64,000 bases of DNA from Candidatus Latescibacterota bacterium (GTDB taxonomy: Bacteria > Latescibacterota > UBA2968 > GCA-2709665), in NCBI GenBank assembly GCA_965219995.1, contig CBDCOX010000002.1, positions 3,936,001 through 4,000,000 on the forward strand. Direction: 5' to 3'. A program made the position numbers and the translations under genes. The notes beneath the pieces were generated by a model that did no database searches, was not told the origin of the DNA, and was given only the letters and a program-made list of their open reading frames with translations. Shown one piece after another: positions 1-13,038 of this stretch. Each line of letters opens with the position of its first letter. Position 1 is the stretch's first letter.

Positions 1-44
1 GGACTCTTTCTTACCGTAAATACATTCAGCGGGTGCTCCACTCC

Positions 45-3314
<3,270 letters not shown>

Positions 3315-3330
3315 TTCAGACCGTCCTGTG

Positions 3331-4980
3331 CTATGGGAAGACGCCTCTCAGGAGCTTCGCCTGAGTCACGCGGTGAATGCCCTCTATCAGCGCCGCTGTA
3401 CGCATATCCAGCCCATCGCGCTCGGACCGGTGTATCGTCCGCCGGAACGCGTGGAGCAGTATCTGCCTGAGCCGCTCGTTGATTTCGTCGAGGGTCCACA
3501 TGTAATTCTGGGTGTCCTGCACCCACTCGAAATAGGAAACCGTAACCCCTCCGGCGTTTCCGAGCACGTCCGGAAGAATAAACACGTCCTTGTCTTTCAG
3601 GATTTCGTCGGCCTCCAGTGTGGTGGGGCCGTTGGCGCCTTCGGCCAGAATCCTGCATGAGATGTTCTCGGCATTGTCCACGGTGATCTGATTCTGCAGG
3701 GCCGCGGGTACAAGAATGTCGCACGGGATCTCAAGCAATTCCCGATTGCTCACGGCGTCGCCGCCGGTGTAACCTTCCAGAACCTGGTTTTCATCCGTAT
3801 GCCTCAGCAGCGAATCCACGGACAGACCATCTGGGTTGTAAATGCCGGTGGTCACGTCGCTCACGCCCACGAGCCTGACCCCGCAGGCGTTCAGAAACCG
3901 CGCGACATTGCTCCCCACGTTCCCGAACCCCTGGACGATGGCGGTCGCGTTGGTCAGGTCCATCCCGATATGTCTGGCCGCTTCCTCCACGAGATACACC
4001 AGCCCCCGTCCCGTCGCCTCGCGGCGTCCTTCGGAGCCGCCCAGCACCACCGGTTTGCCCGTTACGACCGCGGGCACTGTATGTCCCATCTGGTGGCTGT
4101 AGGTGTCCATCATCCACGCCATAACGTGTTCGTCCGTGCCCATGTCCGGCGCGGGGATGTCCTTTTGCGGTCCGATCACGTCGATGATCTCCGACGTATA
4201 ACGGCGTGTCAGGCGCTGCAGTTCGGTACGAGAGAGGACGGTGGGGTCAATCCGGACGCCCCCCTTGGCGCCGCCGAACGGGAGGTTCATCAAGGCGCAC
4301 TTCCAGGTCATCCACATGGCCAGGGCGGTTACCTCGCCCAGGTTCACGTCGTGATGGTATCGAACGCCGCCCTTGGTGGGCCCCATCGTCAAGAGATGCT
4401 GGATCCGGTAACCGGCAACCGTCTCCACGTATTCGTGTTCGTCCCGCCGGAACGGAAACGTGACGACGTGGGTGCGCTGGGGAAAAAGCAGCCGCTGCCG
4501 GATATTGTCATCCAGTTCCATCAGGTGGGCGGCCTTCAGAAATTGCTGCTGCGCCAACCGGAACATGGGCGATTCCCATTCGGCGTGCTGCGCCCGGCTG
4601 CGCTCCACGGCGTATCGAATCGACCGCACCAGCAACGCGCCGTTCATATTCGACTTGACGAGATAGTCCTGCGCGCCGGCTTCGACGGCCCGCGCCGCGA
4701 GTTTGATGTCCTGCAGACCGGACAGGATCACAACCGGCAGGTCCGGATATGGCGCGCGGACCCGGAAATACGTGTCCAGGTCCTCGCTGTCGGGCAGCAC
4801 GAGGTCCAGCAGCAACAGCTCATACCCGTACGCCGCAAGCCGGTTCAGCCCTTCCGCGAGCGTGCCCGCCGAATCCACCTCGAACTCCGGGCCCTCGGAT
4901 TTGGCAAGCAGTTCCCGAATCAGGCGGGTGTGAAGCGGATTGTCCTCAATCAGCAGCGTCTTCAGGCTTTTTCCTGGCAT
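3331..4980 (-). CDS. Receiver (REC) domain fused to a Glu/Leu/Phe/Val (most likely glutamate) dehydrogenase
   Basis: Residues ~1-127 form a REC domain (LLIEDN, LLLLDLVLPD, VVILSG, DYLVK). The remainder has GDH motifs GPTKGGVRY, MTWK, FGGAKGG, DIPAPDMGT, VTGKP, QGFGNVG, EGANGP, NAGGVTVSYFEW. Confidence 0.93.
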   Translation of the reverse strand: MPGKSLKTLLIEDNPLHTRLIRELLAKSEGPEFEVDSAGTLAEGLNRLAAYGYELLLLDLVLPDSEDLDTYFRVRAPYPDLPVVILSGLQDIKLAARAVEAGAQDYLVKSNMNGALLVRSIRYAVERSRAQHAEWESPMFRLAQQQFLKAAHLMELDDNIRQRLLFPQRTHVVTFPFRRDEHEYVETVAGYRIQHLLTMGPTKGGVRYHHDVNLGEVTALAMWMTWKCALMNLPFGGAKGGVRIDPTVLSRTELQRLTRRYTSEIIDVIGPQKDIPAPDMGTDEHVMAWMMDTYSHQMGHTVPAVVTGKPVVLGGSEGRREATGRGLVYLVEEAARHIGMDLTNATAIVQGFGNVGSNVARFLNACGVRLVGVSDVTTGIYNPDGLSVDSLLRHTDENQVLEGYTGGDAVSNRELLEIPCDILVPAALQNQITVDNAENISCRILAEGANGPTTLEADEILKDKDVFILPDVLGNAGGVTVSYFEWVQDTQNYMWTLDEINERLRQILLHAFRRTIHRSERDGLDMRTAALIEGIHRVTQAKLLRGVFP

Positions 4981-5222
4981 AGCCCCGCTGTCCGCGCGAT
5001 TTCAAGTGAGTGACGCATGCCTCGATACAGTCCTATCGGATATTTAGTCCTATTGCCGATTCCAGTCAAGTCCAAAGCGTTGAATGACACGCTTTCGCAG
5101 GATTCCCCTCTGTGGTGTACGGAGAAAAGGCAGGGTATCTCCGATGCCCCGCCCATCTTTCGCCCGCAAACCGATCCCGTCGATTAAGACGAATGGATCC
5201 GTTTCGGGTTGCACGTTATCCG

Positions 5223-6194
5223 TTACCTGTCGTCTCTTCGCAGGTCCAGCCAGTCCAGTTCGTCAGGCGTCAACCGGATTCCCATCGCCTCCTGATTCTG
5301 GCGGCTCTCCTCGGCCGATCTGCAGCCCGACACCGTGAACAGGTTCAGCGGCTGGTTGAAGAGAAACGCGAGCGCGATCTGTGCCACGGTTTTCCCCCGC
5401 ACGCAAGCAAGTTCGGTCGCGCGTTCCAGCCGGGTGAAGTTTTCTTCGTGGCCATAGACCTGCGCACAGCCTTCCGTCGTTTGTTTCGACATTTGAGTGA
5501 TGTTCTCCCGGGTCAGGAGACCGGAAAAGAATCCCTGCGCCAGGCTGGACCAGGAGAACACCGGCATCTGCGATTCCCGGTACCAGGCCCTTTCCTCGGC
5601 TCCTCGAGGGCCGGAGATACTCAGACAGCCCTCCCAGATTTCATTCATACGCACGGCCAGGCTGAAGTTCGGGCTGCTGGCAACAAATGGCGTCAGGCCG
5701 TGATGCCGCGCGTACGTATTGGCCTCGCGGATCCGACTCACGGACCAGTTGGAACCTCCGAAGGCGCGGATGCGCCCTTCGGACACATGTTCGTTCAATG
5801 CCTCCACGAGCGGTGCGACCGGCACCTCCGGATCGTCCCGGTGCAGCAGATAGAGATCGATGGTATCCGTTTTGAGCCGCGCCAGGGAATCGAACAGGTC
5901 GGATGCGATGTCGAATACCGTCACCCTGCGGTTGCGGTCGGCGTTGGGATGGCCGCCTTTGCTCAGAATGAATACATCGTCTCGATTGCCGCGCCGGTCC
6001 ATCCAGGCGCCCAGCGCCCGCTCCGCTTTTCCGTTTCCGTAGACCGGCGCGGTATCGAAGCTGTTGCAGCCCAGCGCGCGAACTTCGTCGAGAAAAGCGA
6101 TGCTCCGCTCGAGATCGTCGGTCGACACCATAAGCGTGCCCTGGACGAGCCGGGAAACCGGTTTGTCAATGCCCTCGATACGGCCGTACTTCAT
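5223..6194 (-). CDS. Aldo/keto reductase
   Basis: FDTAPVYG, SKGG, DLYLLHRDD, GGSNW; catalytic D/Y/K/H present. ATG at 6194 is preceded by GGAG (the ORF also allows a start at 6206). Confidence 0.92.
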   Translation of the reverse strand: MKYGRIEGIDKPVSRLVQGTLMVSTDDLERSIAFLDEVRALGCNSFDTAPVYGNGKAERALGAWMDRRGNRDDVFILSKGGHPNADRNRRVTVFDIASDLFDSLARLKTDTIDLYLLHRDDPEVPVAPLVEALNEHVSEGRIRAFGGSNWSVSRIREANTYARHHGLTPFVASSPNFSLAVRMNEIWEGCLSISGPRGAEERAWYRESQMPVFSWSSLAQGFFSGLLTRENITQMSKQTTEGCAQVYGHEENFTRLERATELACVRGKTVAQIALAFLFNQPLNLFTVSGCRSAEESRQNQEAMGIRLTPDELDWLDLRRDDR

Positions 6195-6217
6195 CAGGAG
6201 CTCCATATTAAATATGA

Positions 6218-6235
6218 TATAGTATATATACTATA
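6218..6235. promoter_or_regulatory. Perfect 18-bp AT-rich palindrome TATAGTATATATACTATA, putative operator over the AKR promoter
   Basis: Self-complementary 18-mer in a rare AT-rich island just upstream of the AKR start; minus-strand TTGCAA (-35-like) at 6247-6252. Confidence 0.55.
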
Positions 6236-6402
6236 ATTAGTATGTTTTGCAATGTCGGAAAGCAGCGATCAGTTAAAGGCGGTAAGACGTTAGAGGTAAG
6301 ACGGTAGATGATGTCGCCGCGTCTACGGGATATCGTTATGGCTTGGCGAAGTCAATCAGCGATACGGGCGGAACCTCTTTCCCCAGCCCCTCAACCCCGG
6401 GG

Positions 6403-6528
6403 TAGACGAGAGACGGGAGACGTGAGATGATGTCACCGCCTGTCCGGTATCATCTCTTGCCGGAGGCATTTAGGAAGAACCAATTGGGCACGGATGTCAT
6501 CTACCGTCTAACGTCTACCGTCTCACCG
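6403..6528. repeat. Dispersed hairpin element family A, copy 1 (AGACGnn heptamer arms, conserved core)
   Basis: Aligns without gaps to 54952-55080 (shared core CGGTATSATCTCTTGCCGGAGGCA...AGGAAGAACCAATYGGGCA); arms AGACG.../...CGTCT are inverted. A related arm and hairpin sit at ~6281-6370. Confidence 0.85.
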
Positions 6529-6537
6529 GTTTCCGGT

Positions 6538-7524
6538 TTATTCCATCGGGAATTTCAGCCCGATCTGATCGCGGATCGTGTCCATCGTTTCCATGATCGA
6601 GACGGATTCGTCCAGTGGGATTTCGTCGCTCTCGAGTTTCCCTTCACGCAGGTAACGACCCACCGCTTCCGCCTGGCAATTGTACCCATTCCCGTCGAAC
6701 GGGCGTTCGACCGTCGTCTCCTCACCGCCTTTCACGAGCGTCGCGGTCGTTCCGCGCCAGTACGGCGGATGGATACGAATCATCCCTTCGGTGCCCATGA
6801 TGTGAGCCCAGTGGGACGTGCTGCACTGGATCGACGTATACAGCATCGCCATTTCTCCCCCGTCGTATCCCAGCATCATCCCCGCCTGCTCGTCCACCTT
6901 CAGATCGCCAATGTGGGCCATGCCCGCCACCCGCGACGGCGCGCGCCGGAACACCATGGAGGCGAACGACAGCGAATAGATGCCTACGTCCATCAGCGCA
7001 CCGCCGCCCAGGGCAGGGTCATAGAGGCGTGACTTCGTGCTGCCGGGACGCGACCCGAACCCGAAGTCCGCCGCGACCATCCGGACGTCGCCGATCGCGC
7101 CTTCCGCCAACCACTTTCGCACCTGAACCATGATCGGCAGGAAGCGGGTCCACATGGCCTCCATCAGGAAGAGGCCTTCCTCGCGCGCAACGGCAACGAG
7201 TTCCGCGGCTTCCGGTCGATTGATGGTGAAGGGCTTCTCGCACAGGACCGCTTTCCCCGCCTTGAGACAGAGGATGCTGTTCTCCTTGTGGAACGTATGC
7301 GGCGTGGCAACGTAAATGACGTCCACGTCCGGGTCGTTCGCCAGGGCCTCGTAGCTCGGGTGCCTCCGCGAAATGCCGAATTCGTCTCCGAACGCATCCG
7401 CCGCCGCCTGAGTCCGCGAACCCACGGCAACCGGTTCCGCGTCCCCAACCGCCGCCAGGCCCTTCACGAACGACTTTGCGATGGCCCCCGTGCTCAGGAT
7501 ACCCCATCGGATCCTCTCGTCCAT
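6538..7524 (-). CDS. Gfo/Idh/MocA family oxidoreductase
   Basis: MDERIRWGILSTGAIA, DVIYVATPHTFH, LCEKP, EAMWTRF, GGALMDVGIY. Start 7524 follows AAGGAG; the longer 8400 ORF overlaps the M3 peptidase gene. Confidence 0.92.
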   Translation of the reverse strand: MDERIRWGILSTGAIAKSFVKGLAAVGDAEPVAVGSRTQAAADAFGDEFGISRRHPSYEALANDPDVDVIYVATPHTFHKENSILCLKAGKAVLCEKPFTINRPEAAELVAVAREEGLFLMEAMWTRFLPIMVQVRKWLAEGAIGDVRMVAADFGFGSRPGSTKSRLYDPALGGGALMDVGIYSLSFASMVFRRAPSRVAGMAHIGDLKVDEQAGMMLGYDGGEMAMLYTSIQCSTSHWAHIMGTEGMIRIHPPYWRGTTATLVKGGEETTVERPFDGNGYNCQAEAVGRYLREGKLESDEIPLDESVSIMETMDTIRDQIGLKFPME

Positions 7525-7583
7525 CTCCTTTTCCCCTCTGTAATTTCCGCGCTCACCGGGTGCGGACGTTTCGACGTGACCGA

Positions 7584-9440
7584 TTATCCGCCGGCGTCGC
7601 GGGCGGTTCCGTCTTCGCCCGCGGAGAGCACGCGGTGCGACAGCGCCTCCAGTTGCGCAAGCGGCTCTTCCAGGCTGCGGATCGCCTGCACCCAGAAGTC
7701 CGGCTGCTCGAGGTCGCTTCCGATACTGCGTGTGGCCACGTTCTCGGCATTGTCGCTGCCGGTTAACCGCAGGAACCTCTCGTACCGGGGCAGAAAGTCC
7801 GGCCCTTCGTTCTTGAACATGGCAAAGAGTCCGCGGCTCAGCAGATAGCCGAACGTATACGGAAAATTGTAAAACGTGACTCCCGTGATATAGAAATGGA
7901 GCTTGGAAGCCCAGAACCAGGGGTCCTCTTCCCCCTCCTGAAGCACGTCGCCGAACACCCCGCGCTGCTTTTCGGTCATCAGCGCCTTCAGCCGGGATAC
8001 GCTCAGTTCTCCGCTGTTTCGCTCCTCGTAGAGCGCCTTCTCGAACTGGAACCGCACCGGGATGTCCATCAGATAGGCGCCCGCGTGTCCCACCTCCGAG
8101 TCCAGAATCACTGCTTTCTGAAGGTCGTCCGCGTCCGGATCCGAAAGGACGCCATCGGCCAGGATCATCTCCGCGAACGTGGAGGCCGACTCCGCAAGCG
8201 TCATCGGATAGTGCCTCGCGAAGGGCCGCAAATCGCGCATCACGTGGCTGTGAAACGCGTGCCCGGCCTCGTGCGCGAGCGTCAGGGCGTCGCCCATGGT
8301 GTTGTTGTACGTCATGAATATCCGCGACTCGGAAATCATCGTCGATCCCGTGCAGAAACCGCCGGGCCGTTTTCCGGCGCGCGGCTCGTAGTCGATCCAC
8401 CGCCTGTCGTACATGTCCTGCGTAAACCTTCCCAGGGCCGGATACGCCCTGGCGAACGCCCCCTGCACCAGGGTTTTCCCCTCATCCCAATCCATCGGCG
8501 ACACATCGGGAAAGGGCAGCGGCGCGCCGAGGTCATACCAGGCCACCTTGTCCACGCCCATCGCCTTCGCCCGGAAACGCTGGATCCGCCGCCCCACCTC
8601 GATTTCTGAAAATATCGCGTCGAACATCGCGTCCAGCGTCTTCCGCGTAATGGCGGACTGGAACAGGGCGACCTCCAGAAAATGCGGGACCTCGCGATAG
8701 CGGTTCATGGTCAGCCGCGTTCCGGATATCGCGTTCAATGCCGCAGCCGCAACGTCTTCCACGCTTTCCCACGCGGCGTTGCCCCTCTCGAACGCGGCCC
8801 GCCGGACCCGGCGGTCCGGATTCTCCATCAGCGACCGCCGCTGTGAAATGGGAACCATGTCCTCCCGGCCGTCGGGAAACCGCATCCGGAACTCCAGCTT
8901 TCCGGACAGGGTATCGTAAAGCCGGCCCCACGCCGAGATACCGTCCACTCTCAGGTCGGCCGCGAGCGCTTCTCTTGCCGAATCCATCGTGTAGCGCGCC
9001 TCGCGGCGCATCCGTTCCAGGGTATAGCCGGCGTCCGAGAGCGACTCCCGGGCGGCGAGCGCCTTGAAGCCTTCGTCGGACGCCGTCTTCAATCCCCTCA
9101 ACAGCTCCGTCTGGAGCTTGGAAGCCTCGGCGTATTTCAGCGTCAACGCGGCTTCCTCCTTCAGATACGCCTCGTTTCGCGCGTCGGCGGCCGTCAGACA
9201 TCCCACGTAGGAAGCCAGATGGCGCAGCCGCGCGAACAGGTCCTCGCTGCGGACGAAAACGTCCTCCCAGGTCTCAACATTGCCCTCGTCCAGCGGTTTC
9301 AGCGCCATTGTCGTATCCAGCAGATCCCGGGTATCCGAGTCCAGGTCTTTCTTGAAACGGACCATTTCGGGCCCGTTGAACGCCGGGAAATAGCTCGTCA
9401 GATCCCAGTTCATCCCCTCTTCGACAGCAGTCTCCACCAT
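7584..9440 (-). CDS. pepF: M3 family oligoendopeptidase (PepF-like)
   Basis: N-terminal WDL, GKRPGGFC, zinc motif TLAHEAGHAFH, LAESASTFAE, FYNFPYTFG. Confidence 0.9.
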   Translation of the reverse strand: MVETAVEEGMNWDLTSYFPAFNGPEMVRFKKDLDSDTRDLLDTTMALKPLDEGNVETWEDVFVRSEDLFARLRHLASYVGCLTAADARNEAYLKEEAALTLKYAEASKLQTELLRGLKTASDEGFKALAARESLSDAGYTLERMRREARYTMDSAREALAADLRVDGISAWGRLYDTLSGKLEFRMRFPDGREDMVPISQRRSLMENPDRRVRRAAFERGNAAWESVEDVAAAALNAISGTRLTMNRYREVPHFLEVALFQSAITRKTLDAMFDAIFSEIEVGRRIQRFRAKAMGVDKVAWYDLGAPLPFPDVSPMDWDEGKTLVQGAFARAYPALGRFTQDMYDRRWIDYEPRAGKRPGGFCTGSTMISESRIFMTYNNTMGDALTLAHEAGHAFHSHVMRDLRPFARHYPMTLAESASTFAEMILADGVLSDPDADDLQKAVILDSEVGHAGAYLMDIPVRFQFEKALYEERNSGELSVSRLKALMTEKQRGVFGDVLQEGEEDPWFWASKLHFYITGVTFYNFPYTFGYLLSRGLFAMFKNEGPDFLPRYERFLRLTGSDNAENVATRSIGSDLEQPDFWVQAIRSLEEPLAQLEALSHRVLSAGEDGTARDAGG

Positions 9441-9451
9441 TCGTTCCTTTC

Positions 9452-10588
9452 TCAGATTTCGTGTTCTACGCCCAGAATCCTTGCTGCGGTCCCCCCCATG
9501 ATCATCTTCAGGTCGTCCTCGCCCAGAAACGCGCAGTACTTCTCAATCCACCGCCTGGACTGCCGGTACGTACAGAACCGGTTCTGAAACGGCATGTCCG
9601 TGCCCCAGTTCAGGTGATCCGCGCCCACGTGCTCGACCAAAGACTCCAGCACCGGCCAGACCTCGCTGTAGGGGAAGTCGAACCAGTCGCCGATTCGGAC
9701 CGGAAAACAGACTTCCAGGTTGCAGTTGGGGTTTTCGAACGGCAACCAGACGTCGGGCGGCATGGGCATGAAAACGTCGTCCGCGACGAACGCGCGCCAG
9801 GGAAATCCGTGGGTCAGGTTGACCACCACGTCCGGGTACCGTTCCATCCAGCGGATCAACGTCTTCTGTTCGTCCAGGTAGCCCTGACGGGCGCCGTCCG
9901 GTGTCATCCTCCGCGTCACGTCTCCCGGCCCGGAACCCAGCGTAAAGAAGATCGGCACGTTCAGCGACGTCGCCGCGTCCCAGAACGGGTGACATGAAGG
10001 CGCGTCCCATGGTTCGGCGGTACCGAAATAGGCCGGCCGGGCGTTGAACTTGATCGCGTGGAGGCCATGTCCCCCAATGGCTGTCCGGAGTTCTTCGATG
10101 ACCCCATCCGTCTCGCTGCGGATGCGCCACTCGTCCACGGGCGCCATGGACCGGAGCCGGTCCGGGTACTGACGCACGCAATCGGCAAGGAATTCGCTGT
10201 TGCGGGTCAACATCGGATTCGTATGGATGAGCGCCATGTCGACGTCCGCGTAATCCATTTCCGCGATCAGGCTGTGCGGCGTGAACTCCAGGTTTCGCAA
10301 GTTGGGCGGATAGAATTGTTTCGTATAGTCCTCTCCGTCGATCGTCCAGACCACGCGCCCCTTCTGTCTGTCCACTCGGAAGTCCGCATCGGGCAGGTCC
10401 CGCCAGGACTCGTAATCCCGCGGGATCAGTCCGTCCGAAGTTGCCGGAGCCCGGTCACGCACGCGCCAGGCCGGCTGGTGGTGCAGTCCCTGGGCCTCCT
10501 GGACCCATTTCAGGTGGGCGGCGCTGTCTTCGAACCCGGCCGGATCGTCCCCCGGCTCGAAGCAATATGCGTGGGAGTCAATGATCAT
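9452..10588 (-). CDS. Amidohydrolase_2 family TIM-barrel protein
   Basis: MIIDSHAY metal motif, YPDRL, LTHG, LNWGTDMP, MGGTAARIL. Confidence 0.85.
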   Translation of the reverse strand: MIIDSHAYCFEPGDDPAGFEDSAAHLKWVQEAQGLHHQPAWRVRDRAPATSDGLIPRDYESWRDLPDADFRVDRQKGRVVWTIDGEDYTKQFYPPNLRNLEFTPHSLIAEMDYADVDMALIHTNPMLTRNSEFLADCVRQYPDRLRSMAPVDEWRIRSETDGVIEELRTAIGGHGLHAIKFNARPAYFGTAEPWDAPSCHPFWDAATSLNVPIFFTLGSGPGDVTRRMTPDGARQGYLDEQKTLIRWMERYPDVVVNLTHGFPWRAFVADDVFMPMPPDVWLPFENPNCNLEVCFPVRIGDWFDFPYSEVWPVLESLVEHVGADHLNWGTDMPFQNRFCTYRQSRRWIEKYCAFLGEDDLKMIMGGTAARILGVEHEI

Positions 10589-11388
10589 TACGCCGCGTCC
10601 TGTTCGGGCATCATTGCGCCTTCACCGAAGATCATCGAGAACGACGACTTTCGACTGGACCGCGTCCGTGCGTCGATGTAACAGGCGCTGAAGGCCCGCC
10701 TGGGAATGTCCATCCGGTTCACCCCGGACCGATGCAGCAGCCAGTTGTGCAGAATCACCACGTCTCCCGCGTCCATCGTCAGGTCCACGATCCGGTCTTC
10801 AGGACACAATTCCTGCTCATGTTCGTCCGAAATCGTGTGTCCCTGCTCGCTGAGAATGCCCAGCTGGTGGGACCCCGGCACCACCTGCACGCATCCGTTC
10901 TCCGGTGTGGCCGGGTCCAGCGCCGTCCAGACCGTGACCAGCGGGTCCCTGTCCACGTACCACGAACTCCCGCCGTCCTGATGCCAGGGCAGGTCGGAAC
11001 CCTGCTGCGCGGGTTTGTTCATGAACATCGCCCGGAAACAGGCGATCGACGCGTGCGCACCGTATACATACGCGCAGATTTCCGCGAAAACCGGCTTCTG
11101 CATATACGCCAGAAACAGCGGATCGAACTCCAGCCCCTGAATCTTCCGGTAATTCAGGCTCGCCTCCTGGTGGCCGATTCCGCCGCCTCGAACCTCTTCG
11201 TACCGGTCGGTGTTCGCGTCGATCTGCATCGTCAACCGGCCGTAATCCAGTGACGCCCTTCCAAGCATGATCTCGTCGATCCGCCGCTGCAGCCCGGCCA
11301 GTTCGCCGGCGCTGCACTGCCTGCCGATTTTCAGAAAACCGTCCCGGTGGTAGTCGCTCCACCGGTCCTGCGAAATGATCCGCTGCAT
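10588..11388 (-). CDS. Phytanoyl-CoA dioxygenase (PhyH) family Fe(II)/2-oxoglutarate dioxygenase
   Basis: YHRDGFL, NKP, PWHQD, WTALDPATPENGCVQVVPGSH, LLHRSGVN...RR. Confidence 0.92.
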   Translation of the reverse strand: MQRIISQDRWSDYHRDGFLKIGRQCSAGELAGLQRRIDEIMLGRASLDYGRLTMQIDANTDRYEEVRGGGIGHQEASLNYRKIQGLEFDPLFLAYMQKPVFAEICAYVYGAHASIACFRAMFMNKPAQQGSDLPWHQDGGSSWYVDRDPLVTVWTALDPATPENGCVQVVPGSHQLGILSEQGHTISDEHEQELCPEDRIVDLTMDAGDVVILHNWLLHRSGVNRMDIPRRAFSACYIDARTRSSRKSSFSMIFGEGAMMPEQDAA

Positions 11389-11463
11389 AGACTTATCCCC
11401 CGATGTCGATGGAATAGACGGCGTGTGTGCTTCTGAAGTTGGCCCTGAAAGGAAAGTCGAATG

Positions 11464-13038
11464 TCACGACGCGGATGCCAACCGGTCCCGTACCACCTGC
11501 TTCCGGATTTTGCCGACCGACGTCCTCGGCAGCGCGTCCACGAATTCGATCCGGTCCGGGACCTTGAACGCCGCGAGCCGCTTCGCGCAATACGACCGTA
11601 TCGTGTCCTCGCGCTCATGCGCGTACGGTTTCAGCACGACGGCCGCGACGACGCGTTCGTCGCGAATCTCGTCAGGAACGCCCACCACACAGACGTCCGC
11701 CACACCCTCGCACTCCTGAATCACACCCTCCACTTCGATGCTCGAGATATTCTCGCCGGAACGCCTGATGAGATCCTTTCCCCGGTCCAGAAAATACAGA
11801 AACCCGTCTTCATCCGCACGTACCGTATCCCCGGAATGAAGCCAGGTCCCGTCCGCCCGTCGCCGCAGGGTTTCGGCCGTCGCCTCCGGATTCTTCAGGT
11901 AGCCCAGCATGACTGTTCGTCCCGGTATTCCCCGCACGATCAACTCGCCCGGCGCGCCCGCAGCCACGTCCTCACCCTGGCCGTCCACCACATTCACGCC
12001 GTACCCGGGCACCGGCTTCCCCATCGCCGAGAGGTTGCGTTCGTCCGTCAACGGACTCATCACCGGGAGCCCGCACGTTTCCGTCATCCCCCACAACTGC
12101 TGAAGCGGCGCCCTGAACCGCCGATGCCAGGCGTCGTACTGGCTCAAAGTGAGATTCTGGGCGAACGTGACGTTCCGGATGCCGTGCGCCGCGTCGGTCC
12201 TCCGCTCCGGCTGGCTCAGCAGCATCCGCAGCAGTGCGCCAAACATCGCAGCCATCGTGCAACCGTATTCGATCGCCTGTTCGAAGAACCGGCCCGCGCT
12301 GAACCGGGACATTACCGCCACGCTCGCGCCGGTCACCAGAGACGGCCACACCGCGTGGCATTGCGCCCCGGCGTGAAAGAGCGGAAGCACCACCAGGTGC
12401 CGGTCTTCCCGCCGCAGCCCCGAACCCGCGGCGAACACCTCCGCGCCGTAGAGAAAGCAGGCATTGGTGAGCATGACCCCTTTGGGTCGCGAGGTGGTTC
12501 CCGACGTGTAGAGGAGTTGCACCACTCGCTCGGCCGCGCCGCGTCCGTCCGGTGGTACCGCGCGCTGCGCGGAGAGCGCGTCTTCGTATACCGGATATCC
12601 GCCGGGGACCTCGTCGCCCGTATTGCATAAGACAACCGGAATTCCCGATTCAGACGCGACCCGGTTGGCCACGTCAAGACATGCGGTCTCGGTAAATATC
12701 AACCTGCTCCCGGAATGCCCGACAAGGTACGCCAGTTCATCCTCGGTGCAAGCCGGATTCGTGGGCATTGCCGTCGCGCCGAGGTGCGATGCGGCGAGTA
12801 TCAGCTGTACGCAGGCGGGATGGTTGGACAGGTGCAGGTCGAAGACGTCACCGGCGCGGATTCCGAGTTCGCCAAGCAGATTGGACGCCTGATGCACACT
12901 TTGCAGGAACTCGACGTACGTCCAGCGGAAAACGCGCCCGTCTTCCCGTTCGTACACCATCCACTCCCGGTCAGGCTGTCTGCCCGCGTAGGCCGCGAAA
13001 TCCAGGTACAGCGTCCGGTCCGCACCAACGTCGATCAT
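11464..13038 (-). CDS. AMP-binding acyl-CoA ligase (CaiC-like)
   Basis: YTSGTTSRPKG, WGMTET, WLHSGD, DRGKDLIRRSGENISS, PRTSVGKI. Confidence 0.9.
   Translation of the reverse strand: MIDVGADRTLYLDFAAYAGRQPDREWMVYEREDGRVFRWTYVEFLQSVHQASNLLGELGIRAGDVFDLHLSNHPACVQLILAASHLGATAMPTNPACTEDELAYLVGHSGSRLIFTETACLDVANRVASESGIPVVLCNTGDEVPGGYPVYEDALSAQRAVPPDGRGAAERVVQLLYTSGTTSRPKGVMLTNACFLYGAEVFAAGSGLRREDRHLVVLPLFHAGAQCHAVWPSLVTGASVAVMSRFSAGRFFEQAIEYGCTMAAMFGALLRMLLSQPERRTDAAHGIRNVTFAQNLTLSQYDAWHRRFRAPLQQLWGMTETCGLPVMSPLTDERNLSAMGKPVPGYGVNVVDGQGEDVAAGAPGELIVRGIPGRTVMLGYLKNPEATAETLRRRADGTWLHSGDTVRADEDGFLYFLDRGKDLIRRSGENISSIEVEGVIQECEGVADVCVVGVPDEIRDERVVAAVVLKPYAHEREDTIRSYCAKRLAAFKVPDRIEFVDALPRTSVGKIRKQVVRDRLASAS

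Noticed and set aside
5223-6194. AKR next to GDH as a KidO/GdhZ-like cell-division module
   Set aside because: This AKR retains the D/Y/K/H catalytic tetrad, the GDH is the small type rather than the large GdhZ type, and a ~240-bp gap separates the genes.
7525-8400. N-terminal extension of the 620-aa ORF 6538-8400
   Set aside because: It overlaps the M3 peptidase in another frame and has low-complexity Arg/Gly-rich composition; the real start with an RBS is at 7524.
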